A DNA stretch of 64,000 nt, from NCBI GenBank assembly GCA_950097015.1, contig CATNEN010000039.1:806001-870000 (forward strand), written 5' to 3'. Position 1 is the first letter of the stretch; the number at the start of each line of letters is the position of its first letter. The translations under genes and the position numbers were made by a program. This document shows positions 11,808 to 22,514 of the stretch, in pieces. Below the pieces are notes generated by a model. The model searched no databases. It saw only the letters and a program-made list of their open reading frames with translations, and had not been told where the DNA came from. The DNA comes from Macrostomum hystrix (taxonomy: Eukaryota; Animalia; Platyhelminthes).

Positions 11808-12702
11808 AGTCTCACCTGAAACAGACAAGACAGACACCCTGTCTCACCTGAAACAGACAAGACAGACACCCTGTCTCACCTGAAACAGAGAGCAGACACC
11901 CTGTCTCACCTGAAACAGAGAGCAGACACCCTGTCTCACCTGAAACAGACAAGACAGACACCCTGTCTCACCTGAAACAGAGAGCAGATACCCTGTCTCA
12001 CCTGAAACAGAGAGCAGATACCCTGTCTCACCTGAAACAGAGAGCAGACACCCTGTCTCACCTGAAATAGACAAGACAGACACCCTGTCTCACCTGAAAC
12101 AGACAAGACAGACACCCTGTCTCACCTGAAACAGACAGCAGACACCCTGTCTCACCTGAAACAGACAGCAGACACCCTGTCTCACCTGAAACAGACAAGA
12201 CAGACACCCTGTCTCACCTGAAACAGAGAGCAGACACCCTGTCTCACCTGAAACAGACAAGACAGACACCCTGTCTCACCTGAAACAGAGAGCAGACACC
12301 CTGTCTCACCTGAAACAGAGAGCAGACACCCTGTCTCACCTGAAACAGACAAGACAGACACCCTGTCTCACCTGAAACAGACAAGACAGACACCCTGTCT
12401 CACCTGAAACAGACAAGACAGACACCCTGTCTCACCTGAAACAGAGAGCAGACACCCTGTCTCACCTGAAACAGAGAGCAGACACCCTGTCTCACCTGAA
12501 ACAGACAAGACAGACACCCTGTCTCACCTGAAACAGAGAGCAGATACCCTGTCTCACCTGAAACAGAGAGCAGATACCCTGTCTCACCTGAAACAGAGAG
12601 CAGACACCCTGTCTCACCTGAAATAGACAAGACAGACACCCTGTCTCACCTGAAACAGACAAGACAGACACCCTGTCTCACCTGAAACAGACAGCAGACA
12701 CC
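11808..12702. repeat. Minisatellite, 30/32-bp units
   Basis: cctgtctcacctgaaacaga(caaga/gag)cagacac repeated. Confidence 0.97.
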
Positions 12703-12874
12703 CAGTGTCACCCGAAATGCATAAAAAATTGCTGGGAAAACTGACTTAGCAAACAGTGAGAGTCGTGTGCTCACATACCGCTGCCCGGCAACTCCACCTC
12801 AATAATATGCAACTGAGCTCTAAATGACTATTGCTAAGGTACACAAATTCTCACGCAAGACAGAAATAGAACAC

Positions 12875-13255
12875 ATTCACAGCAATCCAGTGAGTCTAAA
12901 TCACATTCAAAACAATCCAGTGAGTCTTGTCATATTCACAACACTCAAGTGAGTTCTTTGTCACATTCACAAAACTCCAGTGAGTCTTTGCCACATTCAC
13001 AACACACCAGTGAGTCTTTGTCATATTCACAACACACCAGTGAGTCCTTGTCATATTCACAACACACCAGTGAGTCTTTGTCACATTCACAACACACCAG
13101 TGAGTCTTTGTCATATTCACAACACACCAGTGAGTCCTTGTCATATTCACAACACACCAGTGAGTCTTTGTCACATTCACAACACACCAGTGAGTCTTTG
13201 TCACATTCACAATACTCCAGCGAGTCTTTGTCATATTCACAACTCTCCAGTGAGT
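12875..13255. repeat. Minisatellite, 30-bp unit
   Basis: ccagtgagtctttgtca(c/t)attcacaacaca repeated. Confidence 0.96.
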
Positions 13256-13590
13256 GATCGTGAGCAGTGTGAGTGGAGCAGCAACTTGTGAAATGATTTA
13301 GATGAATTCGTCAGTCCGTGACTGAAAGCAGATTTAGTTTACAAAAACGTGCTGAATCGAAAATAGCAGGCGGCGGACAACAGAATGCTTTGGTTTGCAT
13401 GGGTGCTTGCGCCTGTGCAAACCGGCTTTAGTGATCAGCCCGCCCCCTTGCTGTCTCTGTGCATCTGTGTGGGGTGGGGCCGTCCCCCACCCCCGCCGCC
13501 TGCTAGCCTTTTTAGGTGAGCCTCTCACCACGTTTTCGGATTCAATTTGCGCGCAGCTCTCCGCTTGAGTTTTGATTTTTTTGCACAATC

Positions 13591-14691
13591 ATGCCAAACT
13601 CTAACGAGCCACTTGCATCCGAAGCGCCTAGCACTGTAAGGGCGCTACGTCAGAAGCTTCAGAGCCTAGGGCTTTCAACACAAGGCAAAAAATGTGAACT
13701 TTTACTGCGGCTGAGGGCGCACCTCGAGGGTATCGCCTCCGACTTTGAGAATGCGGACGACGAGGACGAGGAGCAAGATGAAGCTGCCGCAGTGACGACG
13801 CGTATGAGAAGAGACGGCGCTATGGCGGAGAGGCAACTGCCTTCTATCGCGAACGAGTCGGTACAACATGGTCAAGAGTCTGACGCGGCTGGCGGCCTGG
13901 ACGACGAGCTGGTGGAGGCTGAGAAGCAGCTCCGACTGCTAAAGCTACGCAAGGAGGCCGCTCTGCTTCAGGCAGAAGTCAGCCAACTTCAGCGAAGGCC
14001 TGCGACGTCAAAGAACCCCGGTGAGTTGCTCATTAACCTGTGGTCTGACGATGAAGATGCTGCCCAGCAAGAGCCCAGTCGGTTTGTAGGCAAGGTGTAC
14101 CGAATCCCTGAGTTTATTAACAAGCGGAAGCAGCAGGAAGCAGGAGTTACTCAGTCCATTGACAAATCCGGAAGAGTCACCTTCAGAGTGAGGGAAGCTG
14201 TTGTTGACTCGCTGACGTTTGGAGACTGGATCTCGGCGAATGCTCGAATCATGCTGAAGCTGCTGGATGATGGCAGGTTGGTGAAGAGCGGGCTGGGCGG
14301 CCAGCCTGATGTGTCAGAGTTGCGAGACTACCTGCGCTACACTGCGCGCATTGGCGAGCTATTTGACCTCGGGTTCGACAAGGCTCGAGTTATGAGGTTT
14401 GATGACGAGTGCAGACTGAGTGAAGATGGCGAGACGTCATGGGAGTTGCGTGGATCCGACCTTGGTCGAGTTGCCACCTACCTGATGGCCCCACAGAGTG
14501 CACCGACTGCCAGAGTTGACCGGGTGCCAAAACAAAGCCTGCAGCCACCCTGCTTTGATTTCAATAAGGAAACTGGATGTTCAAGGCGGAACTGCCGTTT
14601 CGCTCATCGGTGCCGGCGTTGTGGACTTGGCCACTCAGCGGCGATGGCGCACAGGGATGACGGTGCTGAGGTGAGCAGGCCTCTGCACTGA
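13591..14691 (+). CDS. Ngaro ORF1 gag-like protein (N-terminal SAP motif, C-terminal Cys/His finger)
   Basis: TVRALRQKLQSLGLSTQGKKCELLLRL (SAP-like) and CFDFNKETGCSRRNCRFAHRCRRCGLGH. Confidence 0.88.
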   Translation: MPNSNEPLASEAPSTVRALRQKLQSLGLSTQGKKCELLLRLRAHLEGIASDFENADDEDEEQDEAAAVTTRMRRDGAMAERQLPSIANESVQHGQESDAAGGLDDELVEAEKQLRLLKLRKEAALLQAEVSQLQRRPATSKNPGELLINLWSDDEDAAQQEPSRFVGKVYRIPEFINKRKQQEAGVTQSIDKSGRVTFRVREAVVDSLTFGDWISANARIMLKLLDDGRLVKSGLGGQPDVSELRDYLRYTARIGELFDLGFDKARVMRFDDECRLSEDGETSWELRGSDLGRVATYLMAPQSAPTARVDRVPKQSLQPPCFDFNKETGCSRRNCRFAHRCRRCGLGHSAAMAHRDDGAEVSRPLH

Positions 14692-16395
14692 CTGCGCGTC
14701 GATCCGGTTTTAACTTCCTCTGTTTTATCAACTGACCTGAAGCTGGAGGCATGGACGGAAGAGTTGGAGTCGATCGATCTGCCGCTGGACAGAAAGCAAT
14801 TTATCCTGAATGGTGTGTCGGAAGGATTTCGGATTACGAATGTGCAGCGAGACAACCTGAAGTCTGTCGAGGTCAGCAACTATGAATCTGTGAATGTTTA
14901 CGCTGAAGCTGTTCAAACGCAAATTCTGAGGGAAATTCGCCTTGACCGCTACCGTCGGTGCTCGGATGGGTGGCGGCCTCGGATTGTGAGTGCGCTGGGA
15001 GCCTTGCCGAAGGATGACGGCCGGGTACGTCTAATTCACGATTGCAGTCGGCCGGACAATCTGTCGGTGAACGCGCACTGGGAGAGCAATGAGAAGTTGC
15101 GGTTTTCAAGCGCTGAAAACTTCGCAAGTAAGTTAACGAGAGGCTGCTATATGACTAAAGTTGACCTGAGTGAAGCATACCGCGCATGTGGAGTGCACCC
15201 AGAAGACTTCGTCAACACCGGTCTCAAGTTCAAGTTTCCTGGCTGCGCCACTCCCACCTACATGTTCGATACACGCCTGCCGTTCGGGGCGGCAGCCTCG
15301 GTCACGTGCTTTCAACGCCTGAGCAATGCGATTCATCTGATGATGGTGCGCAGAGGCTTCATCAACACCGAGTCTTACCTGGACGACTTTGCCTACTGCG
15401 GGACGCAGGAGAACTGCCAGCGCTTCTACGTCGATCTGATTTACTTGCTGACTCGGCTGGGATTCACCGTCAACCCGGCCAAGTGTCAACCGCCGGCGCA
15501 GCGGATGTCATTCCTTGGAATTGAGTTCGACACTGTGGAAGGAATCAAGAAGCTGCCGGATGAGAAGGCGAGGAAGTTGATCAACCTGGTTGGTGCCGAG
15601 TCAGCCAAGGTGAGGATTAGTCAGCGAGCCCTCCAACAGGTCATTGGCAAGTTGGGGTGGGCAGCGCAGGTCATCAGTTGCGGAAGGACCTTCTTGCGTG
15701 AGCTGATTGAGCGGTGCAACACCTTACGGCGTGGACAGCGAACGCTGGTCGACTCCGGGTTACGCAGTCAGCTGAACTGGTGGAAGGTGGCGTTGCAGGC
15801 GTGCCGATGGGTGCAGCTGTGGCCGAGCTACAATCGAGTTGTGGCGATGGAATCCGATGCGTGCGGCAGAGGTGGTGCGGCGCTGCTGCGTGACCAGGAT
15901 GGTCTGTTTGACTGGTGCTACCTGGACTGGGAGAAGGATGCAGGATCAGCCTTCGCGAACCTGCCGATCAACTACAAGGAAGCGTTGGTCCCTCTGCTGG
16001 CAGTGATGAGGTGGAGGGATGTGCTCAAAGGTTGCAAGGTGAGCATCTACTGCGACAACCAGACGGCCTGTCACATCATCAACAAAGGCGTTTCAAAGTG
16101 TCCTGCGTTGCAGCGGCTGCTGCAGACGGTGGCCCTGATGTGTTTGCGCTTTGGAATGAGCATTCGCGCGTTTCATGTGCCTGGTGATTTTCAAATTTTT
16201 GCGGACGCTGCCTCGCGGTTGCATGAGCGAGGCCAGCTTTTAAACTTTTTACTCCGCTTGTATGGTTTTATATGCCCAAGCATTCTACAATCACTGTATC
16301 AGCATGCTTTTGGCTTGGCGACCGCCTCCTTTCTTCATTTTCAGGCCGCCCAGCTGCGTCAGACTCTCTTAGCAGCAGCGCCACATCGCTGCTGA
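14692..16395 (+). CDS. Ngaro ORF2 reverse transcriptase / RNase H
   Basis: RLIHDCS, KVDLSEAY, RLPFG, YLDDF, FLGIEFD. RNase H acidic residues in SDAC, INYKEA, CDNQ, ADAASR. The frame is open from immediately after the gag stop. Confidence 0.95.
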   Translation: MRVDPVLTSSVLSTDLKLEAWTEELESIDLPLDRKQFILNGVSEGFRITNVQRDNLKSVEVSNYESVNVYAEAVQTQILREIRLDRYRRCSDGWRPRIVSALGALPKDDGRVRLIHDCSRPDNLSVNAHWESNEKLRFSSAENFASKLTRGCYMTKVDLSEAYRACGVHPEDFVNTGLKFKFPGCATPTYMFDTRLPFGAAASVTCFQRLSNAIHLMMVRRGFINTESYLDDFAYCGTQENCQRFYVDLIYLLTRLGFTVNPAKCQPPAQRMSFLGIEFDTVEGIKKLPDEKARKLINLVGAESAKVRISQRALQQVIGKLGWAAQVISCGRTFLRELIERCNTLRRGQRTLVDSGLRSQLNWWKVALQACRWVQLWPSYNRVVAMESDACGRGGAALLRDQDGLFDWCYLDWEKDAGSAFANLPINYKEALVPLLAVMRWRDVLKGCKVSIYCDNQTACHIINKGVSKCPALQRLLQTVALMCLRFGMSIRAFHVPGDFQIFADAASRLHERGQLLNFLLRLYGFICPSILQSLYQHAFGLATASFLHFQAAQLRQTLLAAAPHRC

Positions 16396-17330
16396 GCGCT
16401 GCGTACGCACCGAGGTCGGCGCAGGCAGTCAACAGACACGTCCGTGAGTGGCGGGAGTTCTGCCGCCATACCGGCTGCGATCCAGTGTCCGGCAACGTCA
16501 CGAGCCTGTTGAACTATTTGGCCAGTCTGATCGGCACACGGCTACATGCCTACAGCAGCATCTCGGCAGTCTACAGCTCTCTGTCGCTCTGGTTCCGAAT
16601 TAACTCGTCGCCGGACCTAACTAAGCACGCTTCCGCGGTTCTTCTCCTTCGCGGCGCTAAACGAGTCCTCGGACTGCGCGTGAACCGAAAGCGGCCTGTG
16701 TCGCCTACAATGCTGACGGAGATGCGACGACTAGTTGACGAGACCGACAGGCTGCAGCTGGCCTGCTGGGCTGTGACCATCTGCTGCTGGTGGGGAATGC
16801 TGCGAAAGTCCAGCTTTCTGCCACGAACTGGCAAGGGCCCGGCCCTTTCCCGGCGCGCCGACCTGCTTCAGCATCCGAAGGGTCTGGTGTTGCGCTGCGA
16901 GTTCGGCAAGACCATCCAGTTCAAGGAGCGCAGCCACCTGGTACTGCTGCCGAGATTGGCGCGGCAGCGTGCGCTGTGCCCGGTTAGCGCAGTCGAGCGA
17001 CACATCCGCGCCAACGAATTGAAGTCAGCAGAGTCACCACTCTGGTCCTACGCCGACGGAAGTGGCGGCTTGCGCCTGCTGACTGGGAGGCACCTGGACT
17101 GCTTCCTCCGTGACAAGTTTGCCGCAGTCGGCGTTCGACCAGAATCTTACTCCGCGCACAGCCTGCGACGAGGAGGAGCTACCTGGGCGTCTGTGCTGGG
17201 CCTCCCAGTGGCTGATATCATGCGCATTGGTGACTGGAGAAGTGAAGCTGTGCAGCGTTATCTCCCACGGTTTCACCAGACAGCGGAGGCTGCTGTGACT
17301 TTTGCCCGCGGTGTCTCTGCTTTGTTTTAG
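16272..17330 (+). CDS. Ngaro ORF3 tyrosine recombinase
   Basis: MLRKS (R), GKT (K), HSLRRGGA (HxxR), GDWRS (W), QRY (Y). Overlaps ORF2 by 124 nt in a different frame. Confidence 0.95.
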   Translation: MPKHSTITVSACFWLGDRLLSSFSGRPAASDSLSSSATSLLSAAYAPRSAQAVNRHVREWREFCRHTGCDPVSGNVTSLLNYLASLIGTRLHAYSSISAVYSSLSLWFRINSSPDLTKHASAVLLLRGAKRVLGLRVNRKRPVSPTMLTEMRRLVDETDRLQLACWAVTICCWWGMLRKSSFLPRTGKGPALSRRADLLQHPKGLVLRCEFGKTIQFKERSHLVLLPRLARQRALCPVSAVERHIRANELKSAESPLWSYADGSGGLRLLTGRHLDCFLRDKFAAVGVRPESYSAHSLRRGGATWASVLGLPVADIMRIGDWRSEAVQRYLPRFHQTAEAAVTFARGVSALF

Positions 17331-18879
17331 CTCCCAGCCTTCTGCTTTTGTTCGCTTGCTCGCTTTGGGGTTTGGAGGTCGCTTTTTCGCTGTGCGCCTC
17401 CCGCGCGTTGCTCGCCTTGCTCGCCAATTGTCCCGTTGTGTCTCTTTGTGTCTGGCTGGTCACTAATGCTTTGGTTTGCATGGGTGCTTGCGCCTGTGCA
17501 AACCGGCTTTAGTGATCAGCCCGCCCCCTTGCTGTCTCTGTGCATCTGTGTGGGGTGGGGCCGTCCCCCACCCCCGCCGCCTGCTAGCCTTTTTAGGTGA
17601 GCCTCTCACCACGTTTTCGGATTCAATTTGCGCGCAGCTCTCCGCTTGAGTTTTTTTTAATTCAATTTCTGCTTTTTACTCGAATACAAATATTACCTTT
17701 TTCAATTCTTTGTAACCCGTTAAAAAATACAAAGCTTGGAGGTCGCTTTTTCGCTGTGCGCCTCCCGCGCGTTGCTCGCCTTGCTCGCCAATTGTCCCGT
17801 TGTGTCTCTTTGTGTCTGGCTGGTCACTAAAGAAGATTTCTCAATAAGTTGAAATCAATACGCCCAGATGTGTATATAAGGATATATATTTATTTGTTAT
17901 TTATATTCGATAGGATCGAACATGTAAGAGCCACCAGCACTTAGCAGACTCACAAGTTCGTATAGCATGGGGACAGCAGGGTTGAACAGGGAATACCTGA
18001 AGTTCTAGATTACAGAGCTACTCATAGCAGTAGTATATAGCGCAAATCAGTAGTATGTTAATAACAGTATTTCTCTCACAGACCGCTCAGCGGAGCGCAT
18101 AAATTTCATGCAGTGAAAAGGTGGCACTCTCCAGTTTTAGTCCAAGTGCCAGCGAGGGTTAGAACAAAAATAATAGGGAGAGTGAAGCGAGAAAAAGATA
18201 AGAGCGTCTGGCCAATCCGCTTTGCGAACTACTGGAGACCGAATAAAACTATTTTTATCCAGCCAACTGCAGACAAGCCAGCACAGTTAATTAATCATTC
18301 CGCACAATTAGTCAGCACAATAGCCGCTGCGACTATAGTATAACAAATCGAATGCATCCACAAAGCAAACAATGAGCAAAACAAAACTGAAGCAGGCCGC
18401 GCGCTAGAGACAAGACAGAGGGAGCACGGGCCGACTGATCTGCTTCTGGCAGAAGAATCAATCAATCAATCAATTTGAAAGTGACGCTTTGAATCTGTTG
18501 TTTAGTTGAGCCAGAATAAATAGGCCACGGATACTGCTAGCTACTGTATTTTAGGGCTCTAATTCTATACAAACACAATAACATGGCGGAGCGGAGGCGC
18601 GCAAGCTCCGAGCGACAGAAGAGTTGGTCGGCTTCAAGACGCTTTACAGTTGTGAGGCTGTGTGCAAACAACTGTAATTGATGTTCTCTAGTAACCACAG
18701 CTCCCGGCACAAACTTGGGATTAACAAAATGCCCCGGGTAAACTTTAGGAGCAACTAAACCTGCAGGCTGAGTTGTGACAAGCCTTGTCATCTAATTTGG
18801 AATGGGTACTACAGGACAATGACCGACCAACTCAAGCTGCCCCTGTGGTGAGCACTGCGGCAAGCCATCACGGCCCCTC

Positions 18880-21800
18880 CTAGAGCGGCCGGCTCAGTCG
18901 ATCAATCACGGCCCGCCTGCGCTGGGCTGGCAGGGCAGGGGCCGCTTCAAGCAGATGGCGCGCCAGGCGGGCGACCAGCTCGCGCACAACCTCAGGCTGG
19001 GCTGCGTCCACCATCGTCAGCGCCATCGCCAGCTGGTCGACTGAGGAGGCGGCGGTGGCTGATGAGGACGCGGAAGAGCCCGAATGATGCTGGTACTGCT
19101 GCTGCTGCTGTTGCTGGATGCGGATGGCAGCGCGAGTCTGCGCAATGACGGGCAGCACCAGCTGCGACATGCTGGCCGAGTAGACGTCGCTCAGGTCACT
19201 TCCGGATTTGCCAACGGCTCCCGCGGCAGCCACCACCGAGTTGGATGCAGTGGCAGGGCCGAGGCCGCTGCTGCGGGAGGCCAGAATGCTGGCGGTGGGC
19301 TTCGGCGCCACCTTAGGAGGTGGCACCCGGTTGGCGACCGCAGAGGCATCGGCCGAGGCGGCTGCTGGCGGCGCCTCTTTGACGGTGCCGTCGCCGAATT
19401 TCCATTTGAAAGTGCCAGCCCTGTCGGCACCGCCCTCGTCGTCTATTAGCGCGTCCGCGTCGTCGTCGTCATCATCATCGTCGTCGTCGCGGTCGCCGCC
19501 CTGGGCCTTCCATGTCTTGAAGCGCTCAATGAGTTCAACAAGGTAGGCGGTCTTCTTGGCCCGCTTTATGAAGGGAAATTTCATCAGCTCCTTGGCGGTT
19601 GGGCGCTGGGGGTGCGAGAGGATGGGAAACTGGCTGTAATAACGGCTGTAGTACTGTCTGAAATACTGGCTGTAATAAAGGCTGTAGTACAGTCTGAAAT
19701 ACTGGCTGTAATAAAGGCTGTAGTACAGTCTGAAATACTGGCTGTAATAAAGGCTGTAGTACTATCTGTAATACTGGCTGTAATTTATGCTCAAATAATG
19801 GCTGTAATAACGGCTGTAGTACTGTCTGTAATACTGGCTGCAATGTATGCTCCAATACTGGCTGTAATAACGGCTGTAATAGCTGCAATACTGTCAAGAC
19901 AATGGCAAGGTGTCTCAGACAGGCAAATGAGAGAGTGAATTGGAGAAAGTGGCCTCACATTCTCGGGGTTCTTGTCCAGACAGGCGTTGACAAAGTCCTG
20001 AAAGGCTTTGGAGTAGTTGCCTGTGAGCTGCGGCGAGGGATTCTTGGGGATGAGGAACAGCACCCGCATGGGATGCAGCTCGGAGTTGGGCGGCTCGCCC
20101 TTTGCCAGCTCGATGGCGGTGATGCCCAGGGACCAGATGTCCGCCTTGGAGTCGTACTCGCTCTGCTTGATCACCTCCGGTGCCATCCAGAATGGCGTGC
20201 CCACGAAGGTCACCCGCTTGGAGGTGGTGTTGGTGAGCTGGCCGGCCACGCCAAAGTCGGCCAGCTTGACGTCGCCGCTATCGCTGAGCAGGATGTTGGC
20301 GGCCTTGATGTCGCGGTGCAGCTTCCTCTCTGAGTGCAGATAATCCAGGCCTTTGAGAATCTCGCGCAGGATGATGGCGATGTACTGCTCGTCTGGTAGG
20401 CCGGCCTTGATGAGGTCGAGCGCGGAGCCTCCGCCCAAGTACTCCATGATGATCCACAGCTTCGTGCCGCGCAGGTAGGAGCCGTAGTACCTGCGGAGTT
20501 ATTTAGGATTAAAGGCTCAATACTGGCTACTGCCCCGACTGTCACCAGTAGTCTGTGTGGAGCCAAAGTACTCGCAATAATTTGAGGGGGAATGCAATCA
20601 GGACCTCAGGATGTAGGAGAATGCAATCAGGACCTGAGGATGTAGGAGAATGCAATCAGGACCTGAGGATGTAGGAGAATGCAATCAGGACTTGAGGATG
20701 TAGGAGAATGCAATCAGGACCTGAGGATGTGGGAGAATGCAATCAGGACCTGAGGATGTGGGAGAATGCAATCAGAACCTCAGGATGTCGGAGAATGCAA
20801 TCAGAACCTCAGGATGTCGGAGAATGCAATCAGGACCTGAGGATGTGGGAGAATGCAATCAGGACTTGAGGATGTGGGAGAATGCAATCAGGACCTGAGG
20901 ATGTGGGAGAATGCAATCAGGACCTGAGGATGTCGGAGAATGCAATCAGGACCTCAGGATGTGGGAGAATGCAATCAGGACCTGAGGATGTGGGAGAATG
21001 CAATCAGAACCTGAGGATGTGGGAGAATGCAATCAGGACCTGAGGATGTGGGAGAATGCAATCAGGACCTGAGGATGTAGGAGAATGCAATCAGGACTTG
21101 AGGATGTGGGAGAATGCAATCAGAACCTGAGGATGTAGGAGAATGCAATCAGGACCTGAGGATGTAGGAGAATGCAATCAGGACCTCAGGATGTCGGAGA
21201 ATGCAATCAGAACCTCAGGATGTCGGAGAATGCAATCAGAACCTCAGGATATGGGAGAATGCAATCAGAACCTCAGGATGTCGGAGAATGCAATCAGAAC
21301 CTCAGGATGTCGGAGAATGCAATCAGAACCTCAGGATATGGGAGAATGCAATCAGAACCTCAGGATGTCGGAGAATGCAATCAGAACCTCAGGATGTCGG
21401 AGAATGCAATCAGAACCTCAGGATATGGGAGAATGCAATCAGAACCTCAGGATGTCGGAGAATGCAATCAGAACCTCAGGATGTGGGAGAATGCAATCAG
21501 GACTTAAGGATGTGGGAGAATGCAATCAGAACCTCAGGATGTAGGAGAATGCAATCAGGACCTGAGGATGTGGGAGAATGCAATCAGAACCTCAGGATAT
21601 GGGAGAATGCAATCAGAACCTCAGGATGTCGGAGAATGCAATCAGAACCTCAGGATATGGGAGAATGCAATCAGAACCTCAGGATGTCGGAGAATGCAAT
21701 CAGAACCTCAGGATGTAGGAGAATGCAATCAGAACCTCAGGATGTCGGAGAATGCAATCAGAACCTCAGGATGTGGGAGAATGCAATCAGAACCTCAGGA

Positions 21801-22330
21801 TATGGGAGAATGCAATCAGAACCTCAGGATGTCGGAGAATGCAATCAGAACCTCAGGATGTGGGAGAATGCAATCAGGACTTAAGGATGTGGGAGAATGC
21901 AATCAGAACCTCAGGATGTAGGAGAATGCAATCAGGACCTGAGGATGTGGGAGAATGCAATCAGGACCTCAGGATGTCGGAGAATGCAATCAGGACCTGA
22001 GGATGTAGGAGAATGCAATCAGGACCTGAGACTGCAGGAGTAAGGAACGCTTCAAAAAGCAAGTAAGGCAGCTAAGCAGTGGGGTGCTCACTTGGTGATG
22101 AAGGGAGAATCGCACTGGGAGAGCACGTTGATCTCCTGTTGAATGTCCTCGATCTCGTCTTCCTCCTCCTCCAGGTCGATGATCTTGATAGCCACGATCT
22201 CCTTGGTGCGCCGGTCGATGCCCTTGAAGACCTCGCCGAAGCTGCCCTTGCCGATCCGCTCCATCTTGTCGAAGATGGTCTCCGGGTCCGTGTTCTGCGC
22301 CCGGATGCTGAGCGGCATACCGGAAGGCAT
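18880..22330 (-). CDS. GCKIII-family Ste20-like kinase (STK24/STK25/STK26 homolog)
   Basis: Exons 22330-22092, 20490-19959, 19605-18880, all phase-compatible. [62 protein letters not shown], plus a C-terminal helical dimerisation-like region. Confidence 0.95.
19630..19890. repeat. Minisatellite, 36-bp unit, in kinase intron 2
   Basis: ctggctgtaataaaggctgtagtacagtctgaaata and variants. Confidence 0.9.
20590..22030. repeat. Minisatellite, 29-bp unit, in kinase intron 1
   Basis: gagaatgcaatcag(g/a)acct(c/g)aggatgtNg repeated. Confidence 0.98.
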
Positions 22331-22514
22331 GGCGAGCAGCTGAAGCCTGTCCTCGGGTGCTGGCTTGTGCTTGTTTGAGCAGTGCGCTGAGTAATTTTTA
22401 ATATAGTCACTGTGAAAGCCAGGAGCCGCGTCTCACATAGCCAGCTGCAGTGCGGGCGGATTGCAGCGAAACTCATAAGAAAGGGATAAGCAATCTAGCG
22501 ACACTGATCCCACT

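Larger units (their letters stand above)
13386..17830 (+). mobile_element. Tyrosine-recombinase retrotransposon (DIRS order, Ngaro-type) with split direct repeats, apparently intact
   Basis: A1 13386-13573, three ORFs, B1 17372-17466, A2 17467-17654, B2 17736-17830. Encodes gag, RT/RH and YR. No methyltransferase domain or TSD seen. Confidence 0.95.

Noticed and set aside
14689-14691. Selenocysteine decoding of the Ngaro TGA
   Set aside because: No SECIS could be identified and the codon lies in a linker. Generic readthrough or splicing is more parsimonious.
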